Assembly: GCA_964508365.1 (NCBI GenBank)
Contig: CAZDTP010000008.1
Span: 1-64,000, forward strand
DNA: 64,000 bases
Reading direction: 5' to 3'
Source: an uncultured archaeon
GTDB lineage: Archaea > Asgardarchaeota > Lokiarchaeia > Sigyniarchaeales > SOKP01
Shown piece by piece: positions 56,318 to 64,000 of this stretch (the first letter of the stretch is position 1; each line of letters starts with the position of its first letter). The translations under genes were made by a program, and so were the position numbers. The notes under the pieces were generated by a model. The model searched no databases. It was not told where the DNA came from and worked only from the letters and a program-made list of their open reading frames with translations.

Positions 56318-57808
56318 ATGGTGTTAAAAATAGAAACAGAAACAATCCCAATCGAATCAGGTCTAGAAACCTCAATGGAAACGCAGGAGATGAAAGTTGA
56401 ACCAGAAACGAGTTTCAAGAAGATACATTATGTCATGTTTTTATTCGTATTTGTTCAAGTACTTTGGTATCTGACTTTTTCCGAACCTTTGACTGTCCTA
56501 ATTGGGGGAGAGCCGATCTTTCCTTTCTTCCTTAGCGACGACATAATATCAAGGACAGCTCGAATTGTCATGATATATCACTCGTTAGCTTTACCCTTTT
56601 TAATTGCGAACACATTCTGGGTATTAGAACACTATGAAATCCGTCAGAAGTGGTTGCCAACTCTAAAGATCCTGTTAATACCTAGTGCGTTTCTTGTAGG
56701 TATAAATGGAATGATTTTTGCGTATACACGTCTTAGACTTTTCCACGAACTTTTCACTTTTGGTATGCTACTTTGTTTCATTGGTGGAATTGTATTTGTT
56801 ATAGCAGCGTGGCCAGTAAAGGGTAGATTTCCAAAAGTTAACCCTAGAGGTTCCACATTCAGAGGGATTAATTTGGAATATTTTAATCTCGTAATTTTAG
56901 CGATATGCATAATGGTTTCGGCAATATATGGCGCTCTTGCAGCTATTGAAAACTTTACGAATAGTATTTGGGGTCTAAACCGCGAACCTATAGCATTTTT
57001 AGCAGAAGCAATCATTAGACACGGGATAACTTTCGGACACGAACACGATATCGTCCAAGACATGATAGTTGGTCACCTTCACATACAGCTTGCTCAATCA
57101 GCAGCTATGGTTATGCTGGTTGCCTTCCGTACGAGTAAATTGTCAGGTAAGCTTTATACTTATTTGTTATTGTTTACTCCGATTGGCGTTATAACATTAT
57201 CTTATGGTGCTTGGGTTCTAAACCATTACGTAATATGGGTGGGCGCTGGGCTATTGATACTAGTAACTATAATTATGTCAATAGTTGGCATGAAGACCAC
57301 TATTAAGGAACATTTAGGAGACGATTACAGATCAGCATCACATTCAGAAAGGCTTAAAGCTTTGTTTAGGGAACCTGTAAAATTGACATATTATTACCTT
57401 CTTTTTATTGCAGAACTTATAGTTTTCCCTCAAATCTATGTTGGGCTTGTTACTGATGATATTTATAGATTACATTCATATGTACAACTGGAGTATAATT
57501 TTAACGTTGCACATTGGCACCAATTGGCAGTGATGATCGCTGTGGCTTTGATGATACATGCTATCGACTTTTTCAAAGTTGAAGGTCGATTAAAAAAATT
57601 ATTGGGTTGGATTTTTTTTATCGGAGTTAATTTAACATTTCCTTTCGCAATGGCACATATGGTACGTCCAGTAGAATGGGAAAGTGTTGAGATCTTTCTG
57701 ACTATTACATTTCTGGGAGTATGGTTTCTCTTGGCAGGCTTTGTACTCGGATTATACGCGCTAGGTAAAAATCTAAAACCTAACCCATTAACTTCTAAAC
57801 TAACGTAA
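56318..57808 (+). CDS. About 12-TM His-rich membrane protein, divergent heme-copper oxidase/NOR subunit I-like
   Basis: IYHSL, VGHLHIQ and VAHWHQ (compare VAHFH of Cox1 TM10) at roughly TM2/6/10 spacing; co-oriented with ctaB. Confidence 0.5.
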   Translation: MVLKIETETIPIESGLETSMETQEMKVEPETSFKKIHYVMFLFVFVQVLWYLTFSEPLTVLIGGEPIFPFFLSDDIISRTARIVMIYHSLALPFLIANTFWVLEHYEIRQKWLPTLKILLIPSAFLVGINGMIFAYTRLRLFHELFTFGMLLCFIGGIVFVIAAWPVKGRFPKVNPRGSTFRGINLEYFNLVILAICIMVSAIYGALAAIENFTNSIWGLNREPIAFLAEAIIRHGITFGHEHDIVQDMIVGHLHIQLAQSAAMVMLVAFRTSKLSGKLYTYLLLFTPIGVITLSYGAWVLNHYVIWVGAGLLILVTIIMSIVGMKTTIKEHLGDDYRSASHSERLKALFREPVKLTYYYLLFIAELIVFPQIYVGLVTDDIYRLHSYVQLEYNFNVAHWHQLAVMIAVALMIHAIDFFKVEGRLKKLLGWIFFIGVNLTFPFAMAHMVRPVEWESVEIFLTITFLGVWFLLAGFVLGLYALGKNLKPNPLTSKLT

Positions 57809-57824
57809 TAATAATTAATTAACT

Positions 57825-58718
57825 ATGAGGATGGTCTTGGACTTAAAAAATATGTTATCTCTCTTTGGAGAGTTAATAAAAGCTAAACAAACCATACTTT
57901 TGCTTTATACTGGAGTTTTATCTTATTTAATTACCGCCTTCAGTTTAGTAATTGAAATAAACTGGCTCAATTTACTATCTCTGGTAATCTCATTATACCT
58001 CACAGTCTCAGGTACTACCGTACTGAATATGTATATAGATAGAGATATTGACGCAATCATGGAGCGCACAAAAGATCGCCCGTTACCAAGTGGTAAAGTT
58101 ACAACATCTACTGTTCTTACAATTGGAACCGTGTTAACTGTTACAGGTATCGTTCTTGCATTTCTAACTCTCAATTGGTTAACTGCATTAATTATTTTTT
58201 TAGGCTTTTTCTTTGATATCGTAATTTATAGTATTCTATTGAAAAGAAGAACTAAGTATAGCATAATCTTTGGAGGGATTGCTGGTGGTCTTCCGGCATG
58301 GGCTGGTAGGACCGCTATAATGGGAAGTTTAGACTGGATTGGATTCTTATTTCTTATCTTCATTCTAGCTTGGATTCCCGTCCATATTCTTACAATAGCT
58401 TTAATACCCAAAAATTATAAAGGATATAAAGATGCGGGAATCCCTATGTGGCCAATTGTAAGTTCAAGAACACAAACAATGCGAGTTATAACCATAGGGG
58501 CATTGATTAGTAGTTTAGCGCTCTACGAGGCTGCTAGGATTTTAGGGGCAAATGCGATTATAAGAATCATCTGGGGGGTCTGTTGTCTAATAATTTTAGT
58601 TTTAGTAATAAAAAACTTAATAAAACCTTCAAATAAGCTCACTTTCCTCATTTTTAAGATTGCGTCTCTTTACATGATCCTAGGATTTTTATTACTCTTA
58701 TTCGTAGTTATCCTATAA
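57825..58718 (+). CDS. ctaB: Protoheme IX farnesyltransferase (heme O synthase)
   Basis: NMYIDRDIDAIMERTKDRPLPSG, YS..LKRRT...IIFGGIAG.LP, WIPVH, YKDAGIPM. Confidence 0.92.
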   Translation: MRMVLDLKNMLSLFGELIKAKQTILLLYTGVLSYLITAFSLVIEINWLNLLSLVISLYLTVSGTTVLNMYIDRDIDAIMERTKDRPLPSGKVTTSTVLTIGTVLTVTGIVLAFLTLNWLTALIIFLGFFFDIVIYSILLKRRTKYSIIFGGIAGGLPAWAGRTAIMGSLDWIGFLFLIFILAWIPVHILTIALIPKNYKGYKDAGIPMWPIVSSRTQTMRVITIGALISSLALYEAARILGANAIIRIIWGVCCLIILVLVIKNLIKPSNKLTFLIFKIASLYMILGFLLLLFVVIL

Positions 58719-58803
58719 TAAGAACCAAAATTTAGCAAAATAAATGATTAAATAAAATATTAAAAATTTAACAAAAAATAAATTAAAAAAAAAGGTAAGA
58801 TAT

Positions 58804-59385
58804 ATGGAACCTGAGATACAAATATTACTATCTTTTATAGCTGTTGCGATCTTTGTAGCACTGATTTTAACATTGAATTTTAGAAAAAAAGGGACACTAA
58901 AAGTTCTGATTTGGATTTGGATTATCTTATTCGGAATTTTGATGACTGTAATAGTCGTATTGAACGGTATTGAAATCCTTGCGCCTAGACCAACAGCGTT
59001 GATGATTGATGAATATGATGTTTTTACTAGTTGGCATATCGGTGTAATCCTAGGTCTACCGGCATTAATTTCGCTATCAATTGGAACTATTCTCGTTTTA
59101 TACAACGAGCAAAAATACGTATTATGGCATGGATATACGGCAGGAGGAGCTCTAATTGTTACGATTATAAATATTATTTTATTAATATTCTTAACTCCAA
59201 CAGAAATACTTAATTATTCCGGAATGATCCACGCACTCCATATAATGCTTGGAGCAATAGGTTTAATGACGGGTAGTGCAAGCTTTTTATTTGGTGCTTC
59301 TGGACAGCGAAATCTCGCTAGAATGACAGGATATTTTACATTAGCAGGATGGTGGGGAGCCTTTCTATTGGGGCTTTTTCTTTAA
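58804..59385 (+). CDS. Multi-TM protein with TM histidines, possibly cytochrome b-like
   Basis: About 6 TMs with VLWHG and IHALHIMLG. Confidence 0.55.
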   Translation: MEPEIQILLSFIAVAIFVALILTLNFRKKGTLKVLIWIWIILFGILMTVIVVLNGIEILAPRPTALMIDEYDVFTSWHIGVILGLPALISLSIGTILVLYNEQKYVLWHGYTAGGALIVTIINIILLIFLTPTEILNYSGMIHALHIMLGAIGLMTGSASFLFGASGQRNLARMTGYFTLAGWWGAFLLGLFL

Positions 59386-59408
59386 TAGAAAATGAGGTAA
59401 AAAAGATA

Positions 59409-60875
59409 ATGAATGAAGTAAAAGTTGAAGAAAAACAAGAAAATGGAAAGACTAAATTTACATACGAAATAGAAGAATTCATATCATCTCCACATGTAAG
59501 TACAGATAGGTACGAAATTGAAGCAACTTCCGGTGATCTTTCATTGTTATCTAAGTATCACTATAAGTTTAAAGAAGAATATCAGGCTACTCATGTAGTT
59601 CGTCCTGGTAACACCGAAGAACTTTCTAAATTAATGCAAAAATGCTATGAATATTCAATGCCTGTAACCCTACGAGCCGCAGGAACTTCGTGTTATTCAG
59701 CTTCTACACCTACTAAAGGTGGTGTTATAATTGATGTGCGACGAATGAACAAGGTACACAAAATTGACAAGGAAAACATGACTGTCAAATGCGATGCGGG
59801 AATTGCGTGGCAAAAACTCATTGAAGAACTTCTCGACTACGGATTAGCTCCAAAATGTTATCCTACTAGCTATAGGGCTAGTTGTGTTAGCGGATTTGTC
59901 GCTACTTCTGGTAAAGTAGGAATTGGTGTCTTGAAAAATGGAATATTGAAGGATGCATTACAATCTGTTGTTTTTGTGAAACCAGATGGCTCTACAGAGA
60001 CAATATCTAGAGATTCTCAAGGAGATTTATCGCTTGATGACATCATAGGCTCTTTTGGTATATTTGGCGCTGTTGCTGAAGTAGAATTAGAAGTAACTAC
60101 TCTTACAACTTCAATAGAAATGATAGGATACAGTTTTAATACATCTAAAATGGCGATTGAGTTTTTTCGAACTTTGAAAAATAGCAAGGCAAATAAACCG
60201 CTTTTCCTTTCGCTTTCGGATAAACATTTTGAGAAGTATGCTCACTGGACTTATCCATCCCGAGATTATTTTGTCTTTGCGGTATATTCTGACGATCCTA
60301 ATGTGACCTCTCAGAATGTTTCGTTTGCTAAAGAAACTGCTTCAAAGTTAGATGGACTTAGTGTTGAGGAATGGTATCTAAAGGAAAAATGGCGCGACAT
60401 AACTGAAACTGAATTAAATCTAGGACGATGGTGTCAAAATCTAATTTTTCAAGAATATTGGGTTTCAGATGAGAGAGTTGAAGATTTTTATAACTTTTAC
60501 ATGGAAAAGACTTCTAAGCAACGGTATCGACACGCATTTTACTTGATGTCTGGAGCTAAAGGAGGGAACAGAGTCAAACTTTTCGGTCTTTCTGATATTA
60601 AGAACTCTCGAGAATTTTTCGGAATTAAAGCAGTTTTTAACGATATTACAATAAACAACTACGAACATAAAGACAGTTTATACTCGTTAGGGGTTGTAAA
60701 TACATTCTACTTTCTTAGGTTTAACCCTGAAAAAGCAGCGTACTTACGAAATTTGAAAAACAAATTAGACCCAAAAGATCTCGTTAATTCTTATAGATTA
60801 GTGAAAGCAAAAATGAGACCTTGGCGCGTTGGACTCCTTTTTTGGATAGCAAAACGACTCTACAGAACAGCCTAA
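59409..60875 (+). CDS. FAD-binding oxidoreductase (GlcD / D-lactate dehydrogenase family)
   Basis: VVRPGNTEE, LRAAGTS, GGVIID, GSFGIFG, LKNKLDPKDLVN; ATG at 59409 after GAGGT preferred over the track start. Confidence 0.85.
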   Translation: MNEVKVEEKQENGKTKFTYEIEEFISSPHVSTDRYEIEATSGDLSLLSKYHYKFKEEYQATHVVRPGNTEELSKLMQKCYEYSMPVTLRAAGTSCYSASTPTKGGVIIDVRRMNKVHKIDKENMTVKCDAGIAWQKLIEELLDYGLAPKCYPTSYRASCVSGFVATSGKVGIGVLKNGILKDALQSVVFVKPDGSTETISRDSQGDLSLDDIIGSFGIFGAVAEVELEVTTLTTSIEMIGYSFNTSKMAIEFFRTLKNSKANKPLFLSLSDKHFEKYAHWTYPSRDYFVFAVYSDDPNVTSQNVSFAKETASKLDGLSVEEWYLKEKWRDITETELNLGRWCQNLIFQEYWVSDERVEDFYNFYMEKTSKQRYRHAFYLMSGAKGGNRVKLFGLSDIKNSREFFGIKAVFNDITINNYEHKDSLYSLGVVNTFYFLRFNPEKAAYLRNLKNKLDPKDLVNSYRLVKAKMRPWRVGLLFWIAKRLYRTA

Positions 60876-60909
60876 AATGAACTAAAATTAAAAAGAGGTA
60901 AAACTAAAA

Positions 60910-62268
60910 ATGAGTGATGAAAAAGTAAGTGAAGATGTAAAAAAACTAGTAACGACTGGTCCTACCGTTTCTTCCATGTTTGCACCAGACAAAGAGAACT
61001 TAGTTGAACCTGGATCTCACAAAGACAACGATTTTGAGCGATGTATACAATGCGGTTATTGCCGCAATGTTTGTAGGGTGTATAGTATAACCTTTTCCGA
61101 AAGGGATTATGCCGGGGGACGAAATAGAATCCTCAAAGCTTTGTCTAAAAAGGAGCTTGATTTCAATAAAGAAGAGATCATTCCTTCAATCTTTCAGTGT
61201 ATGCTTTGTGGCCATTGCAGGACCGTTTGCCCCGTAGGAATCGATTTGTTAGAAGTTTTTCAAAATTACAGAAGAACTGCCGTGCGTAAAGGGGTTCTAC
61301 CTGAAAAACTAGGAATCTTAAAAAACTCTATACTAACAAACAAAAATCCATTTCTCGAAAGTGGAACTGATAGATATAATTGGTGTGATTCGGAAACTTG
61401 TAAAGAAGGGTACGATGCATTACAACGTGGAATAGAACGTACTAGAAAAATTGAATCTGGGGAATTAAAACCGAGCGATATTGATGAACATTTAGTAGGT
61501 TATTTCGTTGGTTGTACTAGTTCGTATCGAAATAACGAGTTAAGTACAGCAACAGCTCGAATTTTAGAGAAACTAGGCGTGAAGTTCATTTTGTTTCCCG
61601 ATGAATATTGTTGTGGGTCGGTCATGTTCCGAACTGGGTTAGAAGACGATGCTATTCAATTAGTTAAATATAACGTTGATATGATTCGAAAGTTAGGAGT
61701 TAACGAACTCGTCTTTTCTTGCGCTGGCTGTTTTTCTACATTTAATAATGAATATCCTAAGTTTGTGGGGGGCCTTGACTTCGAGCTTTCTCACTTGGTT
61801 CAATTTGTACCTAAAATCGTAAAACAAAAGGGACTTAGAATAAGATACACGAAGCGAACAAAAGAAGACCCAATGATTATTACGTATCACGATCCATGCC
61901 ACTTAGGACGATATTGTGGTGTGTACGACGAACCAAGAGAGCTAATGAACATGATTGAAGGCGTTAAGTTTATAGAGATGAAACATAACAGAGAAATGTC
62001 TTTATGCTGTGGTGCGGGTGGAGGAGTAAGAGCTTTATATGGAGAAATTTCGCTTGATATTGCTAGTAATCGGTTAGATGAAACTGTAGCGTGTTGGGAG
62101 AACATTAACGAAGACCGTTTAAAGGAAGCAATCGAATCAAAGGCAGAGGTATTAGTTAGCGCTTGTGTCTTTTGTAAAAATAATCTACATCTCGCAGCTA
62201 GTCAGACAAAACCTGATTTACCAATGATAGATTTATCTCAAATCCTTTCTGAATGCGAATTTTATTAA
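60910..62268 (+). CDS. Fe-S oxidoreductase with ferredoxin + CCG domains (GlcF/HdrD-like)
   Basis: CIQCGYCRNVC, CMLCGHCRTVCP, YFVGC, YCCG, YHDPCHLGR, CCGAGGG, ACVFC. Confidence 0.9.
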   Translation: MSDEKVSEDVKKLVTTGPTVSSMFAPDKENLVEPGSHKDNDFERCIQCGYCRNVCRVYSITFSERDYAGGRNRILKALSKKELDFNKEEIIPSIFQCMLCGHCRTVCPVGIDLLEVFQNYRRTAVRKGVLPEKLGILKNSILTNKNPFLESGTDRYNWCDSETCKEGYDALQRGIERTRKIESGELKPSDIDEHLVGYFVGCTSSYRNNELSTATARILEKLGVKFILFPDEYCCGSVMFRTGLEDDAIQLVKYNVDMIRKLGVNELVFSCAGCFSTFNNEYPKFVGGLDFELSHLVQFVPKIVKQKGLRIRYTKRTKEDPMIITYHDPCHLGRYCGVYDEPRELMNMIEGVKFIEMKHNREMSLCCGAGGGVRALYGEISLDIASNRLDETVACWENINEDRLKEAIESKAEVLVSACVFCKNNLHLAASQTKPDLPMIDLSQILSECEFY

Positions 62269-62494
62269 TATTTTTTTATACTAATTTAAATTTTTATTTT
62301 CTAAATTTTATTTCATTCTAAAGTATTCTTATAAATTTTCTTCATGCTTTGACATATCTAAATTAGAAGCTAAATTAGACAAGGTCTTAATAAACTAGGT
62401 TTTTAATACGAAAAGATAATAAATTTACAGTATTTATTTCTAATAAGTGTTTAAATAAAATTTAATTACGATTAAATTTACGGTATGAAAAATT

Positions 62495-64000
62495 ATGGAA
62501 TTAAAGAATTACAGAATTTTGATTTCTGACGGTTTAGCTCAAGAGGGAGTTGAGATATTAAAGAAATTCAAAAATTTTGAACTTACGATTAATGATAATA
62601 CAAGAAGAGAAGAACTTCTTGAAATTATTGAGCAATTCGATGGAATCATAGTTAGGAGCGCTACTAAACTCACTCCGGATATAATTAGCGCGGGGAAAAA
62701 ATTAAAAGTGATTGTTCGAGCAGGTACGGGTTATGATAACATCAATATTGAAGAATGTAATAAACATGGAATTGTAGTGTTAATAACTCCATTAGGCAAT
62801 ACTAATGCAGTTGTTGAGCTAACAGTAGGTCTTATGCTGAATTTCGCGCGAAATATTTATAAAGCGAATAGTTCTATGCGTGAGGGTAAATGGGATAAAC
62901 AATTCTTAAAAGGCTCTGAATTACAAGGAAAGACCATAGGAGTTATTGGATTAGGAAATATTGGAGCCGCTGTTGTAAAAAAGTGTCACGCATTTAACAT
63001 GAATGTTGTTGCTTTCGATAATTTTGTTCCAAAAAAACGGGGTCAGGATTTAGGTCTTGAGTTATTAGATAATTTTGACGAATTTTTAGCTCGATCAGAT
63101 TATATTACGATTCATGTTCCCTTAACCCCCCAAACGAAGGATTTAATTAGTTATTCTGAGATAGAGAAAATGAAATCTACTGCGATTATTATCAATGTTG
63201 CCAGAGGAGGAGTTGTAAATGAGCAAGCATTATACAACGCTCTAAAAAACAATAAAATTGGGGGAGCTTGTATTGATGTTTTTTCTAAAGAACCAGCAGA
63301 TCCTAAAGATGCACCTTTTATCGGATTAGATAATTGTATTACAACGCCTCACTTAGGTGCTAGCACAATTGAGGCTCAAATTGAGGTAGCGAAATTAGCA
63401 GCAGAAAGAATAGTCCAAGCTCTTAATTCCAAAATATTCATAGATGCAATTAATATTTCTTTCAACATATCAGAAGAAATGGCTGATTTATATAGACCTT
63501 ATATAGAATTAGGGGCTTCTTTAAGTAAATTCATTACACAGTTTAACTTATCAAAAATTATTAGTGTGAAAATTAAGTATAAAGGAGAGATATTTACTGA
63601 CTTTGAACCAATTAAAGCAGTGATATTGCAATCTCTTTTTGATGGTAGATTAGTTGAAATAATAACATATATTAACTTAGAAGAGATTTTAAAGGAAAAT
63701 GACATAAAGGTTGTTGTAGAAAAGTATGTTAAACCAATTAATTACGAAAATTACATAAAAATTTCTATCATGACTGAAGATGGAGCTTTAACTAAAATTG
63801 CGGGAACTGTTTTTTCAGAAAAACCTAGAATAGTTGAGATAGATGGATTATTTTACGATCTTGCTCCCACCAACTACATGCTAGCTCTGAGAAATAACGA
63901 TGTCCCAGGAGTAATCGGAAGTATTGGGACCTTTTTAGGAAATAAAGGAATAAACATAGCAGGGTTACAATGCGGAAGAAAAGAAAAAGGTGATATCGCA
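62495..64000 (+). CDS. serA: D-3-phosphoglycerate dehydrogenase with ACT domain, partial (runs off the window)
   Basis: Manually translated open frame from ATG 62495: IVRSATK, RAGTGYDNI, GLGNIG, INVARGG, DVFSKEP, TPHLGAST, DVPGVIG. Confidence 0.93.
   Translation, partial: MELKNYRILISDGLAQEGVEILKKFKNFELTINDNTRREELLEIIEQFDGIIVRSATKLTPDIISAGKKLKVIVRAGTGYDNINIEECNKHGIVVLITPLGNTNAVVELTVGLMLNFARNIYKANSSMREGKWDKQFLKGSELQGKTIGVIGLGNIGAAVVKKCHAFNMNVVAFDNFVPKKRGQDLGLELLDNFDEFLARSDYITIHVPLTPQTKDLISYSEIEKMKSTAIIINVARGGVVNEQALYNALKNNKIGGACIDVFSKEPADPKDAPFIGLDNCITTPHLGASTIEAQIEVAKLAAERIVQALNSKIFIDAINISFNISEEMADLYRPYIELGASLSKFITQFNLSKIISVKIKYKGEIFTDFEPIKAVILQSLFDGRLVEIITYINLEEILKENDIKVVVEKYVKPINYENYIKISIMTEDGALTKIAGTVFSEKPRIVEIDGLFYDLAPTNYMLALRNNDVPGVIGSIGTFLGNKGINIAGLQCGRKEKGDIA

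Noticed and set aside
63499-63705. Track ORF 63499-63705 (-)
   Set aside because: Antisense to serA
1-64000. CRISPR arrays, tRNA/rRNA genes, transposases or integrases
   Set aside because: No regularly spaced repeats, GC-rich cloverleaf or rRNA-like tracts, or transposase motifs recognised by eye; tRNAscan-SE and Infernal would be needed to exclude them formally

Overview
AT-rich, gene-dense archaeal chromosome segment, most consistent with an Asgard archaeon of the Lokiarchaeia type. This is an inference from GGTGA/GGAGG RBS motifs, an IPGY-TM-basic C-terminal anchor, expanded zinc-ribbon membrane proteins and a UGA-Sec vhuU. I recognised no rRNA, tRNA, CRISPR array or mobile element. Main content: (1) CDP-alcohol phosphotransferase / GT2 / LuxE-like operon; (2) tandem triplication of zinc-ribbon membrane genes; (3) top candidate for an undescribed system, a five-gene minus-strand operon (12950-7034) of two radical SAM/SPASM paralogs, an NphB/CloQ-type ABBA aromatic prenyltransferase, an SCP2 protein and a U32-family Fe-S protein, four of which carry the same ~80-aa helical module; (4) a 15-kb island with five B12-dependent radical SAM enzymes, a sulfotransferase, acyltransferase, GT2 and deacetylase; (5) SIR2-TPR protein, ADP-forming acetyl-CoA synthetase and cyclophilin; (6) vhuG-vhuA-vhuU(Sec)-hdrC-hdrB, where the unannotated 50-aa selenopeptide has an unusual D-C-U motif and a eukaryote-like SECIS candidate; (7) a divergent tusA-yeeE-dsrEFH operon; (8) prenol kinase plus isopentenyl phosphate kinase; (9) heme O synthase with a divergent heme-copper-oxidase-like protein and GlcD/GlcF-like dehydrogenase genes; (10) serA running off the right edge. 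Features missed or truncated by the ORF track: vhuU, a 55-aa hyperacidic protein, serA, two probable ATA starts and three gene relics. All family assignments come from motif recognition by eye; no database search was run.
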